Shown here one piece after another: positions 35,101 through 48,115 of a DNA stretch of 64,000 bases. Position numbers and translations under genes: made by a program. The DNA is from Macrostomum lignano (Eukaryota). Within the stretch, counting starts at the first letter, position 1; each line of letters opens with the position of its first letter. The stretch spans positions 1 through 64,000 of the forward strand of contig NIVC01000401.1 of the NCBI GenBank assembly GCA_002269645.1, in the 5' to 3' direction. The notes under the pieces are model-generated. The model did no database searches and was not told the origin of the DNA. It was given only the letters and a program-made list of their open reading frames with translations.

Positions 35101-38100
35101 TAGTATACTTTCTGTAATGTACATAATAATTTCTAACCAAATCCACATATACATTTAGGCTTCTATGGCCGACCATGGACATCAGATCAGCGCAAGGAGC
35201 TGTTCCAACGCATGAAGTCCATGCAGATGAACACTTATGTTTATGCGCCAAAAGACGACTGCAAGCACAGAAGATTTTGGCGAGAGCTCTACTCAGTGGA
35301 GGAGATAGGTATATGAGTATTTATATTTTTGTTAGTAGAAAGCTAGTAGCTAGTAGAAAGAAAGTACAATTTTGGAAAATTTAATAATGTCATTTTGGCT
35401 CCTATACTCACAGGAGGGGTCTGATATACCAAATGGTGCAGTTTTAAGTCTGATATTCATAGACTAAGGCTTCAGGTCTCAATCCTATGATGACAGTTCA
35501 GTTCTCATTCATTATTCTATGGTCATTTCAGGTCTCATTCATAGTTCTAGGTTGATATTTCTGGTCTTATTGACAATTCTAACGTGAGATTTCTGGTCTC
35601 ATTAACGATTCTAGAGTGAGATTTTTGGTCTCATTTATAATTCTAGGGTGATATTTCTGGTCTCATTCATAATTCTAGAGTGAGATTTCTGGTCTCATTC
35701 ACAATTCTAGAGTGAGATTTCTGGTCTCATTCATAATTCTAGGGTGAGATTTCTGGTCTCATTCATAATTCTAGGGTGAGATTTCTGGTCTCATTCATAA
35801 TTCTAGGGTGATATTTCTGGTCTCATTCATAATTCTAGGGTGATATTTCTGGTCTCATTCATAATTCTAGGGTGATATTTCTGGTCTCATTCATAATTCT
35901 AGGGTGATATTTCTGGTCTCATTCATAATTCTAGGGTGATATTTCTGGTCTCATTCATAATTCTAGGGTGATATTTCTGGTCTCATTCATAATTCTAGGG
36001 TGATATTTCTGGTCTCATTCATAATTCTAGGGTGAGATTTCTGGTCTCATTCATAAAAAATCCCTGTTAAAATTCTCGTTCCTAAACTTGGATCTCATCC
36101 CTCCATGGCAGAGAACCTGCAGTCGCTGGTGCAGGCAGCTCAAGCGGCCGGTGTCACCTTCATCTACGCCATCTCGCCCGGCCTAGACATGGTGTTCTCC
36201 AAGGAGGTGCACCTGTTGAAGCGCAAACTGGTTCAAGTTAGCGAATTAGGCTGCAAATCTTTCGCGCTGCTATTCGACGATATCGACATAGAACTGTGCC
36301 ACGTCGACAAAGAGGTATTCCAATCTCCGGCCCACGCCCAGGTGTCTGTTACTAACGAGGTGTTTCAACATCTTGGCGCAGGCGTGCAGCAGTTCCTGTT
36401 CTGCCCAACAGAGTACTGCGCCAGCCGCGCCCAGCCAGACGTTCGCAGTTCAGCCTATTTGAACATCATCGGCAGTCGCCTGCTGCCTGGCATTCACGTC
36501 ATGTGGACAGGGCCCAAGGTTGTCTCCAAGGAGATTAGCGTCGCCTCGGTTAAAGAGCTGGCCGAAGTGCTTCGCCGCCGGCCTTTAATCTGGGATAATA
36601 TCCACGCCAACGACTACGATCCTAAGCGTGTATTTCTTGGCCCGTTCGAGGGTCGCAGCCCAGAATTGATTCCCCACCTGGCTGGCGTGCTTACTAATCC
36701 TAATTGCGAGTTTGAGGTGAGTCGGATGCTCCTATTATTATTATTGTGCGGCTTCATGGCTCTGTCAGGGATTGATTTCCCCTCTTTAGGATTTCCGGAC
36801 ACTCCGTTTCTTGTGATATCCACCGGATTTCCTTGATATTCCCCTCCTTGCGATTCCCCCGAGATTCCCCTAGAAATCTCTACTCCTTAGGATTTCCCCT
36901 CCTTAGGATTTTCCCTCGGGATTTACTCTCGAAGAATTCTCCTTTCCTCCCTCATTGGAATTTTCCCTCGGGATTAACCCTGGGGGGATTCCCCTTCCCC
37001 CCTCATTAGGATTTCCCTCTGCGATTCCCCTCTTGGATTTATCTTCCTTGGGATTTACACTCAAGGATTCCCCTCTTTAGGATTTCCCTCCTTGAGATTT
37101 CCACTCAGAGATTTCCCCTTTTTGGGATGTACACTCAAGGAAATCCCCTCCTTAGGATTTTCCCTCAGGGATTCCCCTCTTTAGGATTTCCCTCCTTGAG
37201 ATTTCCATACAGGGATTTCCCCTTTTTGGGATTTTTCTTTTTGGGATGTACACTCAAGGAAATCCCCTCCTAAGGATTTTCCCTCAGGGATTCCCCCCTT
37301 AGGATTCCCTGAAGTTTTCGCTCCGTGAGATTCCTACAGTATTTCCTCTTTGGATATCCCTTGTGATTCTCCCTCCTTCGGCATTCCCTTCCTTGGGATC
37401 CCCCGAGATTTTCTCAGTCTCTAGGCTAGTCTCTAGTCTTTGTGTTTGGCTAGTCCCACGAGTTTCCACTCCTAAGGAATTCCCCCGAGATTTCCTCTCT
37501 GGGATTTCCTTCGAGTTTTGTTCACTTTGAGATTACCCTCATTGAGATTCCTCCGAGTTCTCCTTGAGATTTTCGCTCCCTCCTTTAGACTTCCTTCTTG
37601 ATTTCCCGTCCTTACAATTTCCACTAAGAATTCCTTACCTTGGGATTTTCCCCGAGTTTTTCCATTCCTGAGAATTCTAATGAAATTCCTACAATAGTAC
37701 TATCAGCAGTAAAAATCAATAAATTTGCAGGTCAATTTCGTAGCTCTCAGCAGCCTGGCCGATTGGGCGCGCAGCTCGCCAGAGCGGGTCCAACTCGACG
37801 CCCTGATCTCTAGCAGTCCCGTGAAAAGCGACATTCAATTAGAAAGCGAAGGTGCCGTTGCCGCCTATAGTCCGGAGGGGGCGCTTAGGCGCGCTCTAGC
37901 CCAATGGCTGCCAATGTTCTACAGGCGCAAGCGGCCGCCTCCCGCGCCGGCCATGCAGCCAGCCGAGCCCAGCGCAGCAGCTGCCGCCGCCGCCGTTGGC
38001 GTTGTTGGCGCTGTTGGCACCGGCGCTGTTTCAGCCACCGCTGCCCCGGCCGAATTCGCCTTGCCCGAGCCGCTGCCGCAGCCAGTCAATAGCTTGGTGG

Positions 38101-41100
38101 AGCCTATGGAGGTTCGTGATGCTCGATAGCATGTCTGCATTAGTCTTTGTGCCTGTCTGTCTGACTGGCTTCAAGTCTTTGTGTCTGTCTGACTAGTCTC
38201 TAGTCTTTGTGTCTAGCTAGTCTCTAGTCTTTGTGTCTAGCTAGTCTCTAGTCTTTGTTTCTGGCTAGTCTTTAGTCTTTGTGTCTGGCTTCTAGTCTTT
38301 GTGCCTAGCTAGTCTCTAGTCTTTGTTTCTGGCTAGTCTTTAGTATTTGTGTCTGGCTAGTCTCTAGTCTTTGTGTCTGGCCTCTAATATTTGTGTCAGG
38401 CTTCTAGTCTTTGTATCAGGCTAGTCTCTAGTCTGTGTCTGGCTTCTAGTCTGTGTGTCAGGCTTCTAGTCTTTGTTTCTGGCTAGTCTCTAGTCTTTGT
38501 TTCTGGCTAGTCTCTAGTCTTTGTTTCTGGCTATTCTCTAGTCTTTGTTTCTGGCTAGTCTCTAGTCTTTGTTTCTGGCTAGTCTCTAGTCTTTGTTTCT
38601 GGCTAGTCTCTAGTCTTTGTTTCTGGCTAGTCTCTAGTCTTTGTTTCTGGCTAGTCTCTAGTCTTTGTTTCTGGCTAGTCTCTAGTCTTTGTGTCTGGCC
38701 TCTAATCTTTGTGTCAGGCTTCTAGTCTTTGTGTTTGGCTAGACTCTAGTCCGTGTCTGGCTAGTCAAATATTTTGTTTTGCTTTCTCTAGTCTTTGTCT
38801 GTCCAGTCTAGTCTTTGTGCCTGGCTAGTCTCTACTCTCTCTAGTCCGTCTGGTTAGTCTACTCGTAGTCTGGTTTTTATGTCTGTCTGACTAGTCTTTG
38901 TCTTCTGTTTGATTTATTTGCCTCCGTTTATTATTTGCGTCATACTATTGTTTGTATATTATTACATGCATCGTGGTATTATGATTTCTCTGCCCCGTGT
39001 CCGGGCTCAATTCGCAGTCGCATTCGAGTTTGTTTTCAAACAATTCCAGGTAGAACCGAACGACGATTGGTCGCCAGCTTGCTCGCCGGAAGAGCAGCTC
39101 ACAATGGACGAACTGCTGCTGGTCTGTCACCTATTTTACGAGCCTTTTCAACACGGCCCGTCGGCCCTAGTTCTACTCGAAGATTTCCAATGGTTAAAAT
39201 GCAACGCTCATCTAATGAGCAATTCTGGCTCGGTTGAGTCCGACTGCACCGCTAGCAGGCCGGAGTGGCTGGACCGGGCCGCCAGGTTCAGGCGCGAAGT
39301 GGCTCGCCTGAGGGCGGTGCAGCGTAAGCTCGAGGCAATACCGAATAGAGCCATCGCGTTCGAACTGCTGCCCTATGTAGCGGACATGTCAGCTATACTC
39401 GGCATATTGGACGCCTATCTCAACTGGCTCAGTGAGGCATTTTTCTATAACCAATGCAACATCATCTGCGTTTGTTGCACTCTTTTAGTTATTACTCGTA
39501 GTTGTAGAATTTTCAAAGCTCGCTTCAGTCCACCGCACCAGTTATTGGCATTTTTTTATTTGTAACTGCCTGTGTGGAGCATGAACGAGAGCTGATAAAC
39601 TTTATCCTTTGTTATTATTGATTTCCTGCTATCCTTGTTCACGATCCTTGGTATCCTTGTTCGCGATCCTTGGTATCCTTGTTCACCATCCTTGGTATCC
39701 TTGTTCACTATCCTTGGTATCCTTGTTCACGATCCTTGGTATCCTTGTTCACGATCCTTGGTATCCTTGTTCGCGATCCTTGGTATCCTTGTTCACAATC
39801 CTTGGTATCCTTGTTCACGATCCTTGGTATCCTTGTTCGCGATCCTTGGTATCCTTGTTCGCGATCCTTGGTATCCTTGTTCACAATCCTTGGTATCCTT
39901 GTTCACGATCCTTCGTATCCTTGTTCACGATCCTTCGTATCCTTGTTCACGATCCTTCGTATCCTTGTTCACGATCCTTGGTATCCTTGTTCACGATCCT
40001 TGGTATCCTTGTTCACAATCCCCTAATACTCGTACTTTACGATTATAGTCTTTCATAGCGATCTTCACCCCATAATGTTCTCCTTATTAATGATTCGCAA
40101 TGACTCTGATCTGGATCCTTAATATCCTTGCTCGGCACCACTGGTATCCTTTGTTCTTGACCCATTGTGTTTACTCGGTGTCTCCATGTCCGCTCTACCT
40201 TCCCTCAATTGTCAGCATTAGAATCCTTTTCCCGTTCATGCTCAAAATACCGGTATACCGGTATATCAGCTTCAGGGCATGACATAATTTGTACACAAAC
40301 AAATTTTCAAAAAAGTACATTGTGCCTTTATTCTGTTGTGTGTACTTTTTCCTAGGATATTTTTCTCGTCGTTTCTAATGGCGTGACAAACAGCAATTGA
40401 AAGCAGTCTTATTGAATTATAAAATATGATATTAGTGCCGAAAGTTTTATCTAAACTTGCTAGTTGCTCCGTGTGTTTGTGAAAGTGCAATAATACTTAC
40501 ACAGATAGAGGATACAGGTGCCAACGCTTCCTCAAAGTGATGGTGTGGGCCATTTTTTGATAGCAATTTGTCTTTTAAATACGCGATTGCATTTGCTATG
40601 CGAGAACCAGAGCTAAAAGTACATAGTATAAACATTACTTGCGCTGACGTCACAATTTCGGTTTATTACTATTATATCATTACTAATCAACTTAAGTCGT
40701 TTTATGTTGTGCTGTATGCGGTTGTTTTTTGAGATTTTCTTCCCAAACCAAATATGCGCATAAATGTAATACCTAGCTGCAAATGCTCTGCGTACCGTCA
40801 TGCGTTTTTGTCCCAATAGCGGATTCGAACTCAGGACCTTTGTTCGCGATTCTACACTGCATTAAAATAGCCGTGTTTTTCTAGCTGTGTTTTCTTGCGT
40901 GGTGAGAACTCACAGAGCCATTTGACTTCCTGGCTCTGAATGAATTCAGTCAATGTCTCTTACCCTACCCAGAATTCTGATGGCTCCATGTTTACAGGTT
41001 ATTCAAATTGAATAATTATAACAAAAGTCTTTAAATTGCAACAATCATTGAAAATAAATGTGAAATACAAAAAATAGGGAACTTTAATTGAATGGAATCC

Positions 41101-44100
41101 AGCTCGGAACTACAGGAAAGACATGCGCTTTCACTAAAAAATCAAGCCTACTCTGACTGGAAGCGTTGGCAACTGGCATTTATTTATTAGTATTGACAGT
41201 TTAACAACACGCACACACACATATCGCGCTAACTTTTTAATTGCCGCTTAAGTCTGCTTTTAATTGCTTGCATTGGAAGCGCTCTTGCCGCTCAGCTGAT
41301 GTCCGTGCTGCTTGAAAAAGTTTCTATACAAAGAAATCTCTTGCCGCACAAGTTTTTTATTTTTTAATTCTTTTATTTCGTTGACGGAAATTTTCTTTTG
41401 CAAATTATGAATACTAATGAAAAATTAAAATAAATATAAATTAAAAATAACATATATAGTAGCGTTCTCAACACGTTAGGAGCCCGTATCTCTTTCATTT
41501 TGTTGTTAAATATATCCCAAAACTCCCGCCTCTCCCTGCTAATCTCTTCAGCACTGGGACTCGTCTCTTACCTGAGCGTTTGCTTCCTTCGCCGGTACCT
41601 GTCATGTGAGTAATTTCGCTAGCTAATTGGCTGTATAATATGTACGTATCCCTACGTATAACTATCCCCAGAATCTTCCTGCTACCCCAGTCCTTCCCTA
41701 CAATCTATCTCCCTGTTACCCCAGTCCTTCCCTAAACTTTCCCTGCTACCCCAGTCCTTCCCTACAATCTCCCTGCTACCCCAGTCCTTCCCTACAATCT
41801 CCCTGTTACCCCAGTCCTTCCCTACAATCTCCCTGCTACCCCAGTCCTTCCCTACACTCTCCTTGTTACCCCAGTCCTTCCCTACAATCTCCCTGCTAAC
41901 CCCAGTCCTTCCCTACAATCTCCCTGCTACCCCAGTCCTTCCCTACGACTCCCTGCTACCCCAGTCCTTCCCTACAATCTCCCTGCTACCCCCGTCCTTC
42001 CCTACAATCTCCCTGCTAACTCCAGTCCTTCCCTACAATCTCCCTGCTACCCCAGTCCTTCCCTAAAATCTCCCTGCTAACTCCAGTCCTTCCCTACACT
42101 CTCCCTGCTACCCCAGTCCTTCCCTACAATCTCCCTGATACCCCCGTCCTTCCCTACAATCTCCCTGCTACCCCAGTCCTTCCCTACAATCTCCCTGCTA
42201 CCCCAGTCCTTCCCTACAATCTCCCTGCTAACTCCAGTCCTTCCCTACAATCTCCCTGCTACCCCAGTCCTTCGCTACAATCTCCCTGCTACCCCAGTTC
42301 TTCCCTACAATCTCTCTGCTACCCCAATCCTTCCCTACAATCTCCCTGCTACCCCAATCCTTCCCTACAATCTCCCTGCTACCCCAGTCCTTCCCTACAA
42401 TCTCCCTGCTAACTCCAGTCCTTCCCTACAATCTCCCTGCTATCCCACTAATCTACATACTCATTACTGCACCTAATTCAATATAGAAGCAACCAAATAA
42501 AATTAATGTACTTTTCGCGCCTGTCCCCGCTCTGCAGGGTGCACTCCAGGCTACGCGCAGGTGTACAGCAGCGGCGAGCACGAGCCGTGGATGTTCCGCG
42601 GCGGTATAGCCGCCGAATTCCAGCGAATGCTGCCGCTAGAGGCCGGCCAGGACCTGCTAGTTGGCAAGGCCGCCGAGTTGCCGCCTTCGCCTCACCCGCC
42701 TCCGCAGCCGTCGGCCAGAGTCTACAGTGTCCGGCCCTACTCCGCCGCTGACAGGTCCTCCGTCTACGCCATCTGCGCCCTGACCGCTCCGATGCGCATC
42801 GCCGGCGCGTCAACTTCTGCGGCAGCCGGCAGTAACGGAGTTGTTGTCGACGACGCCGCAGCCGCCGCCTCCGTTGCCGTGTCGATCGCCGGGCCGGGTC
42901 CCGGAGTCGGCATCATGTCGGCCGCTGATGCTGAGCTGTACGGCGATCGGTACGCTGGCCTGCTGCTGGAGCTCAGCTGCGACTATTGCTTCGTATTGGA
43001 GAGCGACACCGGCGTCTGCGGCTTCGTCTGCGCCGCTCTTGACGTTGCCAAGCTTCGCGATCAGGCTGGCGAGTTTTTCGGCCTGATGCGCCGGCGCCAT
43101 CCGATGCTGCGTCGGCGAGGCGCCGGCGGCGCCGTTTCTAGCGCCGGGACCGGAGCCGGCGGCGGCCATGAAGCGGCTGTGCATCCCGCGGCGCACGTGA
43201 GAGTCGAGTTTATTTGCTAACTGGCTGGAGAACTCATTAAATAGAGCGAAGGGGTCTAGATTAGTAAATAGACAGATGGTGTCAAAGGGTGAATATGACA
43301 GATTCAAGTAGCGGTTTTGTAGATTGAATTAGCGGATTGGGCAGATTCAAGTAGCGGATTGGGCAGATTCAAGTAGCGGATTGGGCAGATTCAAGTAGCG
43401 GATTGGGCAGATTCAAGCAGCGGATTGGGCAGATTTAAGCAGCGGATTGGGCAGATTGAATTAGCGGATTGGGCAGATTCAAGTAGCGGATTGGACAGAT
43501 TCAAGCAGCGGATTGGGCAGATTCAAGTAGCGGATTGGGCAGATTCAAGTCGCGGATTGGACAGATTCAAGCAGCGGATTGGGCAGATTCAAGCAGCGGA
43601 TTGGGCAGATTCAAGCAGCGGATTGGGCAGATTCAAGCAGCGGATTGGGCAGATTCAAGTAGCGGATTGGGCAGATTCAAGTCGCGGATTGGACAGATTC
43701 AAGCAGCGGATTGGGCAGATTCAAGCAGCGGATTGGACAGATTCAAGCAGCGGATTGGACAGATTCAAGCAGCGGATTGGGCAGATTCAAGCAGCGGATT
43801 GGGCAGATTCAAGCAAGCCTTCACCCCGCAATCGCAGGAGGCCATCGAGTACTTTCACTCGCAGCAGCCGGAGCCGGGCAGCAACCTGCCCAATCAGGTG
43901 CTCTCCCGCTTCCCCTCGGTGGTGCATCTGGACGCTCTGCCTGGTGTATTTAGCACCGAGCAGGACCTGCTGGCGCTTCGGCGGCTCCTTGCCTGCTGCT
44001 TCGCCGCCCTGAAGACCAACGGCAGTCCGGGCGTGCACTGCCGCCTGGCCGCCGGCGACGCCACCGCGGAGGTCTATAAACGGCTGGGCTTCCTTGAGCT

Positions 44101-44161
44101 GTCCTATACAACCGACTCGCGCCTGCCTAGCTCAGTGACACTGCTGGGCAGGCCTATCTGA
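32191..44161 (+). CDS. OGA: O-GlcNAcase (GH84 catalytic domain, stalk, pseudo-acetyltransferase domain); exons 32191-32233, 35159-35308, 36112-36716, 37731-38111, 39050-39431, 42538-43196, 43814-44161 (about 855 aa)
   Basis: The exons join to give [34 protein letters not shown], catalytic [46 protein letters not shown] and a GNAT-like C-terminus (KTNGSPGVH...YKRLGF). All junctions are GT-AG with matching phases, and the total of 2568 nt is divisible by 3. The exact position of the last acceptor is uncertain because it lies at the edge of a minisatellite. Confidence 0.93.
33881..34236 (+). mobile_element. Full-length tRNA-derived SINE (356 bp) in OGA intron 1
   Basis: tRNA-like head GGGGGCCGTAGCCCAGCGGTAG...GGCTCGATTCC (A and B boxes), A-rich tail, and 16-bp TSD AACTATGCATGTGGAG at 33865-80 and 34237-52. 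Confidence 0.88.
34706..34877. mobile_element. hAT-type fold-back MITE (172 bp), same left TIR as 56735
   Basis: Starts CATACATGCGCAAC. Inverted arms 34713-34775 and 34806-34868 are 63 bp with 5 mismatches. Perfect 8-bp TSD AGCTTTAT (34698-705, 34878-85). Confidence 0.85.
35560..36054. repeat. Minisatellite, 32-bp unit (GGGTGATATTTCTGGTCTCATTCATAATTCTA), OGA intron 2
   Basis: Read directly; degenerate 5' edge. Confidence 0.94.
36770..37680. repeat. Old, degenerate GGATTTCCCC-type low-complexity array, OGA intron 3
   Basis: Recurring GGATTT/GATTCCCC motifs without a clean period. Confidence 0.7.
38140..38900. repeat. Minisatellite, 24-bp unit (CTAGTCTTTGTTTCTGGCTAGTCT), OGA intron 4
   Basis: Read directly. 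Confidence 0.93.
39628..40020. repeat. Minisatellite, 22-bp unit (TATCCTTGTTCACGATCCTTGG), OGA intron 5
   Basis: Read directly. Confidence 0.95.
41675..42442. repeat. Minisatellite, 30/31-bp unit (CTCCCTGCTACCCCAGTCCTTCCCTACAAT), OGA intron 5
   Basis: Read directly. Confidence 0.95.
43305..43813. repeat. Minisatellite, 22-bp unit (GGATTGGGCAGATTCAAGCAGC), last OGA intron
   Basis: Read directly; runs up to the last exon. Confidence 0.96.
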
Positions 44162-44277
44162 TTGGCCTCTCACAGATACTGTTAATATCTAGATGAGCCA
44201 CCTAGGCATTCTGGCTTGATATAGTAATACTTTTTCTCTACTTCGGTTCAGTAAGTCATCAGTAAGCTATTTTTTAG

Positions 44278-44402
44278 GCAGTAACGCTCCATGCAGCGGC
44301 CCCTTGGTTCGATTCCGTACGCGGCCTCACAGCCATCAGGGCCAAGCCCCAATGCATAGAGAGTGTACACACCTGACGATTAGAAAGTCGGAGCCGCTGC
44401 AA
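44278..44402 (+). mobile_element. Partial SINE-related fragment
   Basis: B-box GGTTCGATTCC followed by TGTACACACCTGACGATTAGAAAGTCGGAGCCGCTG, matching the core of the 1192 copy. Confidence 0.6.
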
Positions 44403-45471
44403 GGGTCTTGTTCTAAAAACATTAAAATGCTGCACTTTCTACTGATCTGACAAGTAGCTTAAACGCGAATATGTTGAGTGGCCAATCTAGTTGTTACTAG
44501 TATAGTGCCTGTTTGTATATTAGTGTGTAATTTTCAAATCTTCAACTTCTAAGAGGTCCTAGGAAGTTCTCTAAATTGCTAAACTGGTTTTCTATAAACT
44601 AGAGAGCATCCATAACTAATACTTTAAGTTCCAGGGCTTCCTCGGAGAACAAAAGTTGCAAAAAGTTTTTTCCACCGTTCTTTTTTCTGACGCAGGCAAA
44701 AAATATTATTATCAAAGCAACACAGTTTTGGGGAAACCTGTGTCTAGTGCCAAATAATATGATTGCTCTGAATAATGCCCGTCGGTTTTCTAATGCTATA
44801 GTCACGCTTGTATTTATTAAATTTCACCTGAACATTGTTTAATTGATTTTTATCGATTTAGAAAACAAAGCACAAATAATAACATAAAAAACTGTGAATT
44901 GTACGTTGTGACTATGTTTTGTAATATAGCTGTTGTAATAGTCATTTCCTTGACTTCAGCTCTGGTGGCCCTCCAATCCCCAAATTTTTGTTCCCCATAA
45001 TTACCAATGTTGACTCGCTTGTCATTCTAGCTTGCATTGTCTCTACTTTATTTTTTCAAAACAAAAAATATTGAATCAATGTGTAAAACTTGTGAACAAG
45101 TGCTTTCCTGCTGTTTGGCCCGCCCAGCCGCCTCATCATAATTAATTTTATAATCCTTGTATGCTTCATCACTGCTTTCTCTTGTGCATGTGTGTAACAT
45201 TACTTCATATGCATATATATATACACAACTAATATAAAGTGCATTTTTTCCTTGGAAGTTAAAGATGAACTTTAATTAGTGATACAATATACTTACCTTA
45301 AACATATTATTAGATAAATTAGTCAGATTAGGCCTCACATTTTTTGCTGTTGTCAATCGCTGTTAGAACTGGCAGCCAAGAATTATACTTTATAATAACT
45401 GTGTAGGCCAGTTTGGAATGTCTGCGACAACTGACTAACGACTATTTCACCCCAACTAATTGACTGCCAAA

Positions 45472-45666
45472 CCTATCATAAACCCTATCCTAAACCCTAT
45501 CCTAAACCCTATTCTAAACATTATCCTAAACATTATCCTGATCCCTAACCTAAACCGTGTCCTAAACTTAACCTAAACTCTATTCTAAACCCTAATTACT
45601 AAAACCAAACGGAAACCCTATCTTAAACTACCCTAATAAACAGCCCTAATTACTAAATCTAAACCC
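45472..45666. repeat. Highly degenerate telomere-like CCCTA(A/T)/CCTAAA tract
   Basis: Recurring AAACCCTA and CCTAAAC words. Confidence 0.55.
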
Positions 45667-46437
45667 ACAGTTCCAGTTTCACTACTTTCAATTTAGTAGC
45701 AAGGAAGAATAGGAAAGCTATTCTGATTTTTATTAATTTCCTGCCATGATTTAAATTAGTTCAGTTCTTTTGGCTGGAACACTGAATTAAGCAATAATAA
45801 AATTGTTTTATTGAAGCGATAGAAGTGGTCAAGCTAGTGGTTTATAAGAGTATTGTCCTAAATATTGAACTTTCTACTCATAGTAGCTTACATGCAAATA
45901 AAACATTTCAGTGACAGCTTTAAGCTAAGCGACCAACTGTGAAACTTGCTGCCCACCCTAATTTTCGTATCCTAGCAACGATGTGTCTCGAGTTGATTGC
46001 GCAGATATTTTGCTTCACTCAATTTATCACGCAAATTATTTGTTGTTTTTTTATATGTAGCGTGGCCGGCTAGTAGAAGTTAATATAATTTTGACGTCAT
46101 CTAAATATGCAATTTAACTCGCATTAACTTATTGCAAATCTATAATTTCATTGCATAGATATATATATATATATATATATATATTACAGTCACTAGGTGT
46201 GCACAAGCCTTTTTGTGAGTTGTATCCGATTGAGTTGAACCATCCTGATTATTATGAATAGTTTTGGTATGGTTTTACTGAGGATCCAGGTTTCATCGGT
46301 TAAATACATATACACAGGAGGCCCTATGTGTTTGCATACGAAATGCTCTTTTCGCTTGTAGAAGACATTTGTTCTGCTTAAAAATGTTGTTTTTACTGCT
46401 TTTTGCTGTCTTTATTTATTTTAGCTCGTATCAGCGT

Positions 46438-47710
46438 CTAGTTTTGGGTCAGTGTTTAGTTAGCTATGGGTCAGTGTGTGTAGTTTTGAGTCAGTGTGTA
46501 GTTTTGGAACAGTGTGTAGTTTTGGGTCAGTGTTTAAGTTTTGGGTCAGTGTTTAAGTTTTGGGTCAGTGTTTAGCTATGGGTCAGTGTGTGTAGTTTTG
46601 AGTCAGTGTGTAGTTTTGAAACAGTGTGTAGTTTTGGGTCAGTGTTTAGCTATGGGTCAGTGTGTGTAGTTTTGAGTCAGTGTTTAAGTTTTGGGTCAGT
46701 GTTTAAGTTTTGGGTCAGTGTTTAAGTTTTGGGTCAGTGTTTAAGTTTTGGGTCAGTGTTTAAGTTTTGGGTCATTGTTTAGCTATGGGTCAGTGTGTGT
46801 AGTTTTGAGTCAGTGTGTAGTTTTGAAACAGTGTGTAGTTTTGGGTCAGTGTTTAGCTATGGGTCAGTGTGTGTAGTTTTGAGTCAGTGTTTAAGTTTTG
46901 GGTCAGTGTTTAAGTTTTGGGTCAGTGTTTAAGTTTTGGGTCAGTGTTTAGCTATGGGTCAGTGTGTGTAGTTTTGAGTCAGTGTGTAGTTTTGAAACAG
47001 TGTGTAGTTTTGGGTCAGTGTTTAGCTATGGGTCAGTGTGTGTAGTTTTGAGTCAGTGTTTAAGTTTTGGGTCAGTGTTTAAGTTTTGGGTCAGTGTTTA
47101 AGTTTTGGGTCAGTGTTTAAGTTTTGGGTCATTGTTTAGCTATGGGTAAGTGTGTGTAGTTTTGAGTCAGTGTGTAGTTTTGGAACAGTGTGTAGTTTTG
47201 GGTCAGTGTTTAAGTTTTGGGTCAGTGTGTGTAGTTTTGGGTCAGTGTGTGTAGTTTTGGGTCAGTGTTTAAGTTTTGGGTCAGTGTTTAAGTTTTGGGT
47301 CAGTGTGTGTAGTTTTGAGTCAGTGTTTAGCTATGGGTAAGTGTGTGTAGTTTTGGGTCAGTGTTTAAGTTTTGGGTCAGTGTTTAAGTTTTAGGTCAGT
47401 GTGTGTAGTTTTGGGTCAGTGTTTAGCTATGGGTAAGTGTGTGTAGTTTTGGGTCAGTGTTTAAGTTTTGGGTCAGTGTTTAAGTTTTAGGTCAGTGTTT
47501 AAGTTTTAGGTCAGTGTTTAAGTTTTAGGTCAGTGTGTGTAGTTTTGGGTCAGTGTTTAGCTATGGGTAAGTGTGTGTAGTTTTGGGTCAGTGTTTAAGT
47601 TTTGGGTCAGTGTTTAAGTTTTGGGTCAGTGTTTAAGTTTTAGGTCAGTGTTTAAGTTTTAGGTCAGTGTGTGTAGTTTTGGGTCAGTGTTTAAGTCTTG
47701 GGTCAGTGCT
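46438..47710. repeat. Minisatellite, 19/21-bp units (AGTTTTGGGTCAGTGTTTA and variants)
   Basis: Read directly; higher-order blocks of variants. Confidence 0.95.
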
Positions 47711-48115
47711 TAGTTTCGCTCAGAGTAATTTCTAAGCGTTTTCAATTCACTTTTTTAATTCTAATACCCTCTTGTGAACGCGAAGTTAGTTGTTCCATTC
47801 TTTTCAGCATTTGAAGTTGTTTTAGAAAATCAATGTGTTTTCTAATTGGCAACACAGGTAAAGTGCAATGATTTTATCTCTGCAATGTAATAGTGTGCGT
47901 AGGCTAATTTATAAAAGTGCAAACAGCTTTTGCCACGGATAGATAAAAAACCAAATATGATTCACGAAGCGATGATTGAGTCTATGGCTGAAACAGGGTG
48001 TCGCTGTTTGAAGCATTAGCGATTCAACTTTCTCATCTGTTACGGCACGGTTTAGCTAGAGAAGTTGTTTGTCAAACAGATTCAAAACACAAAAATCCTC
48101 AATAGAACGAAAGCA

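Noticed and set aside
40760-40860. B-box-like GGTCCTGAGTTCGAATCC on the - strand
   Set aside because: Probably a remnant of another tRNA-derived repeat, but too short to support a feature.
43535-43813. N-terminus of the 208-aa ORF as a separate gene
   Set aside because: It is minisatellite; the unique part is the last OGA exon.
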